In this document: in pieces, positions 46,255-55,223 of the stretch
Numbering within the stretch: position 1 is the stretch's first letter
Layout: each line of letters opens with the position of its first letter
Assembly: GCA_902634765.1 (NCBI GenBank)
Contig: CACPLH010000002.1
Location: forward strand, 6,582 to 70,581
Length of the DNA stretch: 64,000 bases
From: an uncultured Pelagibacteraceae bacterium
GTDB lineage: Bacteria > Pseudomonadota > Alphaproteobacteria > Pelagibacterales > AG-422-B15
Direction of reading: 5' to 3'
Notes under the pieces: model-generated
What the model was told of the DNA's origin: nothing
Seen by the model: only the letters and a program-made list of their open reading frames with translations
Databases searched by the model: none
Position numbers and translations under genes: made by a program

Positions 46255-46409
46255 TCATTTTCATATTCACGATGAGGTTCGCACTGATTATTTTCACCTG
46301 AGCAGCATGGATCAATATTTATTTTACAGTTTGGGCATTGAGAGTGACCGTGAACATCAATTGGTTGAATTGAGTGATTACACCATGGACATATTTGATT
46401 ATGAGTCAT
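46251..46409 (-). CDS. Unannotated small Cys/His-rich zinc-ribbon-like protein (52 aa)
   Basis: My own translation of the reverse strand gives MTHNQICPWCNHSIQPIDVHGHSQCPNCKINIDPCCSGENNQCEPHREYEND then a stop. It is below the 60-aa cutoff of the track. It fills most of a 192-nt gap that is otherwise empty in a gap-poor genome. Confidence 0.45.
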   Translation of the reverse strand: MTHNQICPWCNHSIQPIDVHGHSQCPNCKINIDPCCSGENNQCEPHREYEND

Positions 46410-46446
46410 ATTATTAATAATTAATTATTAATTAGATTTTTTATTA

Positions 46447-47394
46447 ATGAAAGCAGTTGTTTATAATACTTATGGCGGACCAGAAGTCCTGAAAATACAA
46501 GATGTTCCTATTCCTAGACCGAAGTCTAATGAAGTTTTGATCAAAGTAGACTCAATTTCACTAAATCCTGTTGATGCAAAGGCTAGAAGAGGTGGATTTA
46601 GACCTATGAGTGACCTGTTGAAGTTTCCAAGGATTACTGGAAGTGATTTTGCTGGCGTCATTACAGAAACTGGCAATAGAGTCAGTGGGTTTAAAGTTGG
46701 AGATACAGTATATGGTTGGGCACAACCACTCCTAAATAATGGATCAGCTGCAGAAATGGTATGTATATCTGAGAAAGCTATTGCACTTGCGCCAAATAAT
46801 ATTTCACTATCTGAAGCTTCCGCTCTTCCGTGTGGAGCTTTAACCTCATTAATATCACTTAGAGATTTAGCTCCTATTCGAAATGGTCACAAGGTCTTAA
46901 TTAATGGTGCATCCGGTGGCACTGGAACAATGGCAACTCAGATAGCAAAAATATTTGGTGGTGAGATAACTGTTGTAACAAGTCCAAATAATTCAGAACG
47001 AATAAAAAATGAATATAAGCCTGATAGAATCATTGACTATACAAAAGATGATTTTGTAAATCTTGAATATCAGTATGATGTTATTTTTGATGTCCAGGGC
47101 AACAAAGCTATAAATGAATTAGAACACTGCCTCACATCTAATGGAATTTATGTAACAACACAGCCGTCAATTTATTCATCAATTGATGTAGTTAAAAGTG
47201 TACTGTCAAAAAAGAAATCAAAAATCGTTATATGTCGATCAAGAACATCTGATTTAAATATAATTAGGTTATGGGTGGAAGAGAATAAGATCAAACCAAC
47301 AATTGAAAAAGTTTATGACTTTGATCAATTTAAAGATGCCTATGAACATCTTGCATCCGGTCATGTCAAAGGAAAATTAATTTTAAACATTTAA
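46447..47394 (+). CDS. Zinc-type alcohol dehydrogenase/quinone oxidoreductase family (MDR)
   Basis: 315 aa. Has MKAVVYNTYGGPEVL and the NGASGGTGT cofactor motif. Confidence 0.85.
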   Translation: MKAVVYNTYGGPEVLKIQDVPIPRPKSNEVLIKVDSISLNPVDAKARRGGFRPMSDLLKFPRITGSDFAGVITETGNRVSGFKVGDTVYGWAQPLLNNGSAAEMVCISEKAIALAPNNISLSEASALPCGALTSLISLRDLAPIRNGHKVLINGASGGTGTMATQIAKIFGGEITVVTSPNNSERIKNEYKPDRIIDYTKDDFVNLEYQYDVIFDVQGNKAINELEHCLTSNGIYVTTQPSIYSSIDVVKSVLSKKKSKIVICRSRTSDLNIIRLWVEENKIKPTIEKVYDFDQFKDAYEHLASGHVKGKLILNI

Positions 47395-47472
47395 TTTTTT
47401 TTATTGATCTTATTTACTTCAAACTATATTAAATTTAGGTATAAAATTTATATATAACAGGAGAGAAATTGA

Positions 47473-47940
47473 ATGAGCAACAATATTTATCATTTTGAGG
47501 TTAATAATATCGATTTAACAAAAGTAAGCTTATCAGATTTCAAAGGCAAAACACTCTTAATAGTTAATGTTGCAAGTGCTTGTGGTTTTACTCCTCAATA
47601 CACAGGACTACAGGCTTTATATGAAAAATATAAGAATCAAGGTTTTGAAATATTAGCTTTTCCTTGTAATCAGTTTGGCGGTCAAGAATCAGGAACAAAT
47701 GAAGAAATCAAAACATTTTGTGATTCCAAATATAATGTATCGTTTCCATTGTTTGATAAAGTTGAGGTAAAAGGTGACAATGCTTCTCCATTATTTAAAT
47801 TTTTAGAAGATCAATCTGGCAGAGAAATTCAATGGAATTTCTCAAAATTTTTAATAAATAAAAATGGTGAATTTGTAAAAGGTTTTGGAACACAAAAAAC
47901 CCCAGAAATGATTGAAGATAGTATTAAGGAAATACTTTAA
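47473..47940 (+). CDS. Glutathione peroxidase (Cys type)
   Basis: 155 aa. Has VASACGFTPQY (TGT Cys codon, not TGA), FPCNQFGGQE and WNFSKFL. Confidence 0.9.
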   Translation: MSNNIYHFEVNNIDLTKVSLSDFKGKTLLIVNVASACGFTPQYTGLQALYEKYKNQGFEILAFPCNQFGGQESGTNEEIKTFCDSKYNVSFPLFDKVEVKGDNASPLFKFLEDQSGREIQWNFSKFLINKNGEFVKGFGTQKTPEMIEDSIKEIL

Positions 47941-47993
47941 TAAAGTAGTCTTCAAGAATTAAAGTTATCATTTAATTTTAGAGGAAGATAAGA

Positions 47994-48569
47994 ATGAATG
48001 AAGATATTAAAAGAATTTTTATAGATACTGTAACTACATACAATTATTCTGATAGAGAAGTTGAAAATAATGTTTTGCATGAATTGTACGAACTGACTAA
48101 GTGGAGTGCTACCTCATTCAATTGTAGCCCATTGAGGCTTGTATTCTTGAAATCAAAAGAAGCTAAAAATAGAATTGATCCTTTTTTAATAGACTCAAAC
48201 AAAGAAAAAGTAAAAAAAGCCCCAATCACAGCAATAATTGCTATGGATACTATGTTTTTTAATGATCTTCCCCGAAACTTTAAAGCAACAGATGCTAAAG
48301 TTTTTTTCGAAAATAATGAAGAATTAGCTTATACGACCGCGTTCAGAAACAGTAGTTTACAAGCTGGGTATTTTTTAAAAGCAGTTAACGCACTTGGTTT
48401 AGATGCGGGTCCAATGAGTGGATTCGACAATAAAGGGGTTGATAATGAATTTTTTAGAGATACTTCATTACGAAGTAATTTCTTATGCACATTAGGGTAC
48501 GGAATTGAGCCTAAAGGGAAACCTAGAGGAGCAAGATATGAATTTGCTGAAGTAGCAAATATTATTTAA
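47994..48569 (+). CDS. Nitroreductase-family protein (RutE/malonic semialdehyde reductase-like)
   Basis: 191 aa. KAPITAIIAMD, RNSSLQAGYFLKAVNALGLDAGPMSGFD and NFLCTLGYG resemble the RutE-like group. Confidence 0.75.
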   Translation: MNEDIKRIFIDTVTTYNYSDREVENNVLHELYELTKWSATSFNCSPLRLVFLKSKEAKNRIDPFLIDSNKEKVKKAPITAIIAMDTMFFNDLPRNFKATDAKVFFENNEELAYTTAFRNSSLQAGYFLKAVNALGLDAGPMSGFDNKGVDNEFFRDTSLRSNFLCTLGYGIEPKGKPRGARYEFAEVANII

Positions 48570-48582
48570 TTAATCTATTTTT

Positions 48583-49425
48583 ATGAATCCAATCAAGATT
48601 AAGCAAATTATTGACCCAATTGAAACCTCAGATGGAGCGGGAGTAAAGCTCAAAAGAAGTATCGGAACTAGTCAAATAGATTATTTTGATCCATTTTTAA
48701 TGCTTGATGAATTTGGATCCGAAAATCCAGAAGACTATATAAAGGGCTTCCCTCCTCATCCTCATAGAGGTATTGAAACAGTGACATATATGCTTAACGG
48801 AGAATTTGAGCATAAAGATAGTGCAGGTGGTCAAGGCAAAATGTCTCCGGGTGATGTCCAGTGGATGAAAACCGGTCGTGGTATAATTCATTCAGAAATG
48901 CCAGCCATGGAAAATGGAAAACTGCACGGGTTTCAACTTTGGATTAATATGCCTTCGGATTTAAAAAAAAATAAACCAGAGTATTTGTATATCGACTCTG
49001 AAAAAATTCCTTGTTATCAAGATAATGAAAAGAGCATTAAAATTATAGCAGGTGAGTATTCAAATATGAAAGGGTCTGTTACTAATCATAATGTAAACCC
49101 AACATATTTTGATGTTGAACTTGAGGAAGGAAAAATTTTTGATTTTGAGATTCCAGAAGAAAACAACTCTTTTATTTATTTAGTTGAAGGTAGGATTAGG
49201 ATAGGGGATGAAGAAAATAATGATTTAGAAAGTTCTAAGCTTATACTTCTGGAAAAAGGCAATAAGTTAATGGTTGCATCTGAAACCAAGTCTAAATTTT
49301 TATTAATTTCTGGAAAACCAATTAGAGAACCTATTGCAAGAGGTGGGCCATTTGTAATGAATACAAGGAAAGAGGTGCAACAAGCTATTCAGGATTTTAA
49401 TAATGGAAGCTTTGCTAAGTACTGA
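48583..49425 (+). CDS. Pirin-family protein
   Basis: 280 aa with the cupin metal site FPPHPHRGIETVTYML..EH. Confidence 0.9.
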   Translation: MNPIKIKQIIDPIETSDGAGVKLKRSIGTSQIDYFDPFLMLDEFGSENPEDYIKGFPPHPHRGIETVTYMLNGEFEHKDSAGGQGKMSPGDVQWMKTGRGIIHSEMPAMENGKLHGFQLWINMPSDLKKNKPEYLYIDSEKIPCYQDNEKSIKIIAGEYSNMKGSVTNHNVNPTYFDVELEEGKIFDFEIPEENNSFIYLVEGRIRIGDEENNDLESSKLILLEKGNKLMVASETKSKFLLISGKPIREPIARGGPFVMNTRKEVQQAIQDFNNGSFAKY

Positions 49426-49430
49426 AGTAT

Positions 49431-50408
49431 TTAAGCGGCAATTAAATTTAAATAAGTATTTTCAAGTTTTTCTAGTTCTTTATTTCGAATTAAATCATTA
49501 ACTTCTTGTTTAAATTTTTTCGACCCAGGTATTCCAAAGCATAATGCGAGTAGCGGACTTAATAATTCATAAGTTGACACCGTATCAATATTTTCTTTCA
49601 CATATTCAAAATATTTTGCAATTACTTGATTTTTTTCAAGAGACCTCATCTTTTGGTTATAAAATTGATGATCAACCTCCTCTAGAAAAAAAGGATTTGC
49701 CTGTATAGATCTACCAATCATGACCCCATCCACTGATTTTAATTGATTATGACATTCTTCTAAAGTTTGAATCCCCCCATTAATAATAATGTTTAATTGA
49801 GGCATTTCTCTCTTTAATTTATATACATAGTCATATTTTAGTGGAGGAAGAGTTCTATTTTTTTTAGGATCTAAACCTTTTAAGAATGCTTTACGAGCAT
49901 GAACAAAAAATGTATTGCAGCCACTATCAGACACGTTTGAAATAAATTCCTTAAAAAAATTATATGACTCAAACTCGTCAACACCAATCCGACATTTGAC
50001 TGAAACTTCAGAAGATGACTCACTTATCATTGATTTAACACAACTTCTTACTATGTCTGCTTCTTTCATTAAACATGCACCCATTCGACCCTGAGATACT
50101 TTTTTTGAAGGACAGCCAACATTTAGGTTAATACCTTGATAGCCATATTTATTTGCAAGATTTGTGCTAAATTTTAATAACTCATTATCAGATCCACCAA
50201 CCTGAAGAACTACTGGCTCTTCAATTGAATTTTTCTTTAAAAATTTATTATAGTCACCACGGTATATAGCTTGACTTGCTATCATCTCAGTAAATAGAAC
50301 AGCTTTTTTGGATATAAGCCTGTACATAAAACGTGCACTTGGAGTTGTAACACCCATCATTGGGGCAACAGAAAAAGTATAATTATTCTCTAGCATCTTT
50401 TTTTTCAA
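49431..50408 (-). CDS. dusA: tRNA-dihydrouridine synthase A
   Basis: 325 aa. Has FSVAPMMGVT, NLNVGCP and the HARKA motif. Overlaps the upstream EamA gene. Confidence 0.85.
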   Translation of the reverse strand: MKKKMLENNYTFSVAPMMGVTTPSARFMYRLISKKAVLFTEMIASQAIYRGDYNKFLKKNSIEEPVVLQVGGSDNELLKFSTNLANKYGYQGINLNVGCPSKKVSQGRMGACLMKEADIVRSCVKSMISESSSEVSVKCRIGVDEFESYNFFKEFISNVSDSGCNTFFVHARKAFLKGLDPKKNRTLPPLKYDYVYKLKREMPQLNIIINGGIQTLEECHNQLKSVDGVMIGRSIQANPFFLEEVDHQFYNQKMRSLEKNQVIAKYFEYVKENIDTVSTYELLSPLLALCFGIPGSKKFKQEVNDLIRNKELEKLENTYLNLIAA

Positions 50409-51258
50409 AGTTTAGATTTACTGCTATACCACTTGTTATAATACACATAATTCCAATTGATACTATTATACTTGGTATATCTCTAAAATATAAAACGCTT
50501 ATTATCATATTACTCACAATTTCAAAATAGTGAAATGGGGCCAATAAGCTTGCTTCAGCATATTGATATGCCTTAATTATTAAAAAATGAGCTAAAATTA
50601 CGACGGGACCAATTGATCCCATTATTAATATTTGTTTTAGATCAGGGCTGCTTTCCCAGAAAAAAGGCAGTAATAAAGTCATTACGATTGCACCAGGGAT
50701 GGCAGTAAAGCTTAGACTAATAATTGGATCAGAGGAGAAATTCAGTTTTCTTGTGTATATAATATAAAATGCATAACAAAAGCCAGAAGCTAAAGCAAAC
50801 AATGAACTTGAGTGAAATTCACCAAATCCTGGTTGAACAACTAATAGTGTTCCAATAAATCCAAGGCCCACACATAGGATCTTTAAAGTTGAAATTTGTT
50901 CTCTCAACATTTTAGAAGAAAATATTACAACAATTATAGGTGCAATTAATAGAAGACTTAGAGCATCAGCAAGCGGTATCTTTGCAATAGCTATATAGAA
51001 TAATGCTGTGCCGATAAAAATTAACATTCCCCGAATTACTTGTTGTGTAGTTTCTTTATTTATAAATTTTTCTTTACCATGAATATAAAGAGCAATTGGA
51101 ACAAGGAAGATAAAATGCCCAAAAAATCGTGACCATATAACTTCCATTATATTAAGATCAGAGCTGAGTATTTTAGCAAGCGCATCATTGATTGGAACTA
51201 TTATTAGCCCAAGACATAAAAAAGCAGCGCCAATATAGAAGTTCTGTTTACTTAACAT
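50383..51258 (-). CDS. EamA/DMT-family transporter
   Basis: 291 aa polytopic membrane protein with EamA-type repeats. Confidence 0.75.
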   Translation of the reverse strand: MLSKQNFYIGAAFLCLGLIIVPINDALAKILSSDLNIMEVIWSRFFGHFIFLVPIALYIHGKEKFINKETTQQVIRGMLIFIGTALFYIAIAKIPLADALSLLLIAPIIVVIFSSKMLREQISTLKILCVGLGFIGTLLVVQPGFGEFHSSSLFALASGFCYAFYIIYTRKLNFSSDPIISLSFTAIPGAIVMTLLLPFFWESSPDLKQILIMGSIGPVVILAHFLIIKAYQYAEASLLAPFHYFEIVSNMIISVLYFRDIPSIIVSIGIMCIITSGIAVNLNFEKKDARE

Positions 51259-51266
51259 TTAAAATG

Positions 51267-52445
51267 TTATTTATTGAGTTCTCTCATCGCCTGATCAATT
51301 CCATCTATTGTTAGTGGAAACATGCGATTTGAAAAAATTTGCTGCAAGATATTTGTTGATGCAATTCTATTCCAATATTGTTGTGGTACAGGATTGAGCC
51401 ATATAGCATTTTCATAGACATCAAGTGTACGATTTAACCATTTTTCACCAGACTCTTCATTCCAATATTCAGTACTTCCCCCAGGATAAGTTATTTCGTA
51501 GGGACTCATTTCTGCATCTCCTACAAAAATTACTTTATAATCAGATGGGTAAGTATGTAAAACATCCCACGTTGATACATGTTCATTGTATCTTCTTTTA
51601 TTGTCTTTCCATACATAGTCATAAAGACAATTATGATAATAGAAATATTCCATATGCTTAAATTCTGTTTTAGCCGCAGAAAATAATTCTTCACAAATTT
51701 TAACATGCGCATCCATTGAGCCTCCAACATCGAAGAAGATTAAAACTTTTATTTTATTTCTTCTTTCCGGCATCATTTTTACGTCTATGTAGCCCTTATG
51801 CGCTGTTGACTTAATCGTACCATCAAGATCTAGTTCGGTATCAGCACCTTCCCTTGCAAACTTTCGTAATCGACGAAGAGCAACTTTGATATTTCTAGTT
51901 CCAAGCTCAACATCTCCATCAAGATTTTTAAACTCTCTTTTGTCCCACACCTTAACAGCTTTTTTATTGCGACTTTCTTTTTGACCAATTCTTATACCCT
52001 CTGGATTGTATCCATATGCGCCAAATGGAGATGTTCCACCAGTTCCAATCCATTTGCTGCCCCCTTGATGCCTCTTTTTTTGTTCTTCTAATCGTTGCTT
52101 AAGTGTTTCCATTAATTTGTCCCATCCTCCAAGAGACTCAACCAGTTTTTTTTCTTCATCTGATAAGTATTTTTGACCCATAAGCTTAAGCCACTCTTCA
52201 GGAATCTCAGCTTCTGTAGTTTCTGATTTATTTTCAAGACCTTTGAAGGAGTGTCCAAAAACTTTATCAAACTTATCCAGATGTCGCTCGTCTTTAATAA
52301 GTGCAGATCTACTTAAGAAGTAAAAGTCATTTACATCAAATGATGAAATAACTCTTTTATCCATTGCATCCATTAACATTAGATATTCTTTCAGAGAAAC
52401 AGGAAGTTGAGCCTGTTTTAAATCAAAGAAAAAATTGAGAAACAT
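51267..52445 (-). CDS. VWA-domain protein, CoxE-like
   Basis: 392 aa. The N-terminus FFFDLKQAQLPVSLKEYLMLMDAM is typical of the VWA_CoxE family. The C-terminal VWA domain has the DVGGSM MIDAS-like motif. Confidence 0.8.
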   Translation of the reverse strand: MFLNFFFDLKQAQLPVSLKEYLMLMDAMDKRVISSFDVNDFYFLSRSALIKDERHLDKFDKVFGHSFKGLENKSETTEAEIPEEWLKLMGQKYLSDEEKKLVESLGGWDKLMETLKQRLEEQKKRHQGGSKWIGTGGTSPFGAYGYNPEGIRIGQKESRNKKAVKVWDKREFKNLDGDVELGTRNIKVALRRLRKFAREGADTELDLDGTIKSTAHKGYIDVKMMPERRNKIKVLIFFDVGGSMDAHVKICEELFSAAKTEFKHMEYFYYHNCLYDYVWKDNKRRYNEHVSTWDVLHTYPSDYKVIFVGDAEMSPYEITYPGGSTEYWNEESGEKWLNRTLDVYENAIWLNPVPQQYWNRIASTNILQQIFSNRMFPLTIDGIDQAMRELNK

Positions 52446-52450
52446 AGATA

Positions 52451-53305
52451 CTAGTCGATACTTTCATTTTCTCTTCTGGCAATAAACGCCAGTCTCTCAA
52501 GCAAATGAACATCCTGCTCATTTTTAAGAAGAGCTCCATGAAGTGGGGGTATGAGTTTTTTCGGATCTTTTTCTTTTAATGTTTTTGCATCAACATCATC
52601 AGTCATCAATAATTTTAGCCAGTCTATGAGTTCAGATGTAGATGGTTTCTTTTTAACACCTGGAATATCACGCATATCATAAAAGATTTGAAATGCTTCT
52701 CTTATTAAATCTTGCTTAATATCTGGAAAATGAACATTTACAATTTCTTCCATAGTATCAGCGTCAGGAAACTTGATGTAATGGAAAAAACATCTTCTTA
52801 AAAACGCGTCAGGTAGCTCTTTTTCATTATTTGAAGTAATAATAACGATAGGTCTATTTTTTGCTTTAATTGTTTCACCAGTTTCGTAAACGAAAAATTC
52901 CATTTTATCCAACTCAAGAAGTAGATCGTTTGGAAATTCAATATCAGCTTTATCGATTTCATCGATTAGTAATACAGGTCGTTTATCACTTTCAAACGCA
53001 TTCCATAACTTCCCTTTACTGATATAATTTTTAATATCTTTAACTTTTTCATCGCCTAATTGAGAGTCTCTAAGTCTTGTAACAGCATCATATTCATAAA
53101 GACCTTGCTGAGCTTTAGTTGTGGACTTAATATGCCAAGTAATTATTTCAGCTCCAATTGCATCTGCAACTTCGTGAGCAAGCATTGTTTTACCTGTTCC
53201 AGGCTCTCCTTTTACAATAATAGGCCTTTCTAGGGTTATTGCTGCATTTACAGCAACTTTTAGATCTTCAGTTGCAATATAATTTTTAGTTCCTTCAAAT
53301 TTCAT
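52451..53305 (-). CDS. MoxR/CoxD-like AAA+ ATPase
   Basis: 284 aa. Has Walker A GEPGTGKT and Walker B LLIDEIDK. Confidence 0.85.
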   Translation of the reverse strand: MKFEGTKNYIATEDLKVAVNAAITLERPIIVKGEPGTGKTMLAHEVADAIGAEIITWHIKSTTKAQQGLYEYDAVTRLRDSQLGDEKVKDIKNYISKGKLWNAFESDKRPVLLIDEIDKADIEFPNDLLLELDKMEFFVYETGETIKAKNRPIVIITSNNEKELPDAFLRRCFFHYIKFPDADTMEEIVNVHFPDIKQDLIREAFQIFYDMRDIPGVKKKPSTSELIDWLKLLMTDDVDAKTLKEKDPKKLIPPLHGALLKNEQDVHLLERLAFIARRENESID

Positions 53306-53442
53306 GGTGACTCCTCAAAAAATTATCGAAAAGATATTATATTTCAGCTATTTATCAACTAGAAAAAAGACATTGTTCAATTGACTTACATCTAAAAAAG
53401 CAATAAAAAACACCGAAATTAATACTTTCTTAAGGAGTTAAT

Positions 53443-53856
53443 ATGGCCACTAAGCTTCCAAAAAACTATAAACCTCTTAAATCTGAAAAGTTTATGAATG
53501 CTAAGCAAAAACAGTATTTCAAGCAAAAGTTAGAGAATTGGAAGCAAGAAATATTTAAAGAAAGCAAAGAAACAGTTGAAAATTTGCAGGATTCAATTGC
53601 ACCCGCTGATATTTCTGATCGAGCCACCCAGGAATCTGAAAAAACTCTTGAATTAAGAACGAGAGATAGACAAAGAAAATTAATTGCAAAAATTGATGCC
53701 GCTCTTCATAGAATTGAAAATGGAACTTATGGATACTGTGAGGTAACTGGTGAACCAATCAATATTGCAAGACTTGATGCTAGACCAGTGACAACTCTAA
53801 GTATTGAAGCTCAAGAAATGCATGAAAGAGACGAAAAACTTCACTCTGACGATTAA
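53443..53856 (+). CDS. dksA: RNA polymerase-binding transcription factor DksA (single-Cys variant)
   Basis: 137 aa. Has a coiled-coil region with DxxDxA-like ADISDRA. In the C-terminal YGYCEVTGEPI...LSIEAQ, three of the four zinc-finger Cys positions are T, S and A. Confidence 0.85.
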   Translation: MATKLPKNYKPLKSEKFMNAKQKQYFKQKLENWKQEIFKESKETVENLQDSIAPADISDRATQESEKTLELRTRDRQRKLIAKIDAALHRIENGTYGYCEVTGEPINIARLDARPVTTLSIEAQEMHERDEKLHSDD

Positions 53857-53933
53857 CTATTCATATCAATATTAAGATAATTAATTTATTATTGTATTTG
53901 AGAATCACTTGTTGATAAAACATGTAATTTTCC

Positions 53934-53948
53934 AGAACAAGAAAAGAA
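53934..53948 (+). promoter_or_regulatory. Alphaproteobacterial LexA (SOS) box, perfect GAAC-N7-GAAC
   Basis: GAACAAGAAAAGAAC lies about 110 nt upstream of the recA ATG. Confidence 0.55.
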
Positions 53949-53999
53949 CAAAACTTTAATTATTCAATAAAAACAATATGTTATTCTGTATTGCAAAAA

Positions 54000-54023
54000 G
54001 GAACAAAATAAGTACATTAAGAA
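54000..54023 (+). promoter_or_regulatory. Second, imperfect SOS-like box overlapping a candidate recA promoter
   Basis: GAACAAAATAAGTAC (GAAC-N7-GTAC) is followed by GAAC at 54020. It lies between TTGCAA (53990-53995) and TACATT (54012-54017). Confidence 0.3.
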
Positions 54024-54056
54024 CATTAATACTCAATAATATATTGGAGATAAAAA

Positions 54057-55145
54057 ATGACAAAAGCAAATTTGAAAGTAGTAGACGACAAGAAAATGGA
54101 TAGTTCTGAAAAAGCTAAAGCATTAGATGTGGCAATGTCTCAAATTGAGCAAACTTATGGTAAGGGCTCTATTATGAAGTTGGGACAAAGAAGCGTTATG
54201 GATGTTGAATCTATTTCTACCGGTTCTCTTTCCCTAGATGTTGCTCTTGGAATTGGAGGTCTGCCTAAGGGAAGAATAATCGAGATTTATGGACCTGAAT
54301 CTTCTGGAAAAACAACTCTAGCACTTCATGTAATAGCTGAAGCTCAAAAAAATGGTGATAGCTGCGCATTTATAGATGCGGAGCACGCATTAGACCCAGC
54401 GTACGCAAAAAAGCTAGGCGTTAACATTGATGAATTGCTAATTTCACAACCTGATACAGGTGAACAGGCTTTAGAAATAACAGACTCGCTGGTTAGATCC
54501 AAGGCCATTTCAGTTTTGGTCGTTGACTCAGTTGCAGCCCTAACTCCAAGAGCTGAGATCGAGGGAGAAATGGGAGACTCACACATGGGCCTACAAGCAA
54601 GACTAATGAGTCAGGCATTAAGAAAACTTACTGGATCAGTTTCTAAATCAAATTGTATGGTTATATTTATTAACCAAATTAGAATGAAAATTGGTGTAAT
54701 GTTTGGAAGCCCAGAAACCACTGCGGGAGGCAATGCACTAAAGTTTTATTCATCTTGTCGATTAGATATTAGAAGGATTGGCGCAATTAAAGATAAAGAA
54801 GAAATTATTGGTAATCAAACCAGAGTTAAGGTTGTAAAAAATAAAGTTTCGCCTCCATTTAGAGTAGTGGAATTTGATATTATGTATGGACAAGGAATAT
54901 CAAAACTTGGAGAGCTAATCGATATAGGGGTTAAATCTGGAATAATTAACAAATCTGGTGCCTGGTTTTCATACAAAGGTGATAAAATAGGCCAAGGAAG
55001 GGAAAACTCTAAAATTTTCTTACAGGAAAATCCTCAAATTGCATCTGAAATTGAGACATTAATTAGATCGAAATCAGATGATTTATCTGAAGATTTAATG
55101 GAACAAGAAATTGAAGACATTCCTGAGGAGGATGAAAAAGAATAA
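54057..55145 (+). CDS. recA: Recombinase A
   Basis: 362 aa with GPESSGKTT, full-length RecA sequence and an acidic C-terminal tail. Confidence 0.97.
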   Translation: MTKANLKVVDDKKMDSSEKAKALDVAMSQIEQTYGKGSIMKLGQRSVMDVESISTGSLSLDVALGIGGLPKGRIIEIYGPESSGKTTLALHVIAEAQKNGDSCAFIDAEHALDPAYAKKLGVNIDELLISQPDTGEQALEITDSLVRSKAISVLVVDSVAALTPRAEIEGEMGDSHMGLQARLMSQALRKLTGSVSKSNCMVIFINQIRMKIGVMFGSPETTAGGNALKFYSSCRLDIRRIGAIKDKEEIIGNQTRVKVVKNKVSPPFRVVEFDIMYGQGISKLGELIDIGVKSGIINKSGAWFSYKGDKIGQGRENSKIFLQENPQIASEIETLIRSKSDDLSEDLMEQEIEDIPEEDEKE

Positions 55146-55172
55146 ATTCAAATACTCATTTAACGTTAATTC

Positions 55173-55196
55173 AAAAAGGCGCTTCGGCGCCTTTTT
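55173..55196 (+). terminator. Intrinsic terminator after recA
   Basis: AAAAAGGCGC-TTCG-GCGCCTTTTT. A perfect GC stem with a TTCG tetraloop and a T-run. Confidence 0.85.
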
Positions 55197-55223
55197 GCGT
55201 TTTAGTCCAGCAAATGCTATACA

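Noticed and set aside
47473-47940. Possible selenocysteine (in-frame TGA) in the glutathione peroxidase.
   Set aside because: The active-site codon is TGT (Cys) within VASACGFT, and there is no internal TGA.
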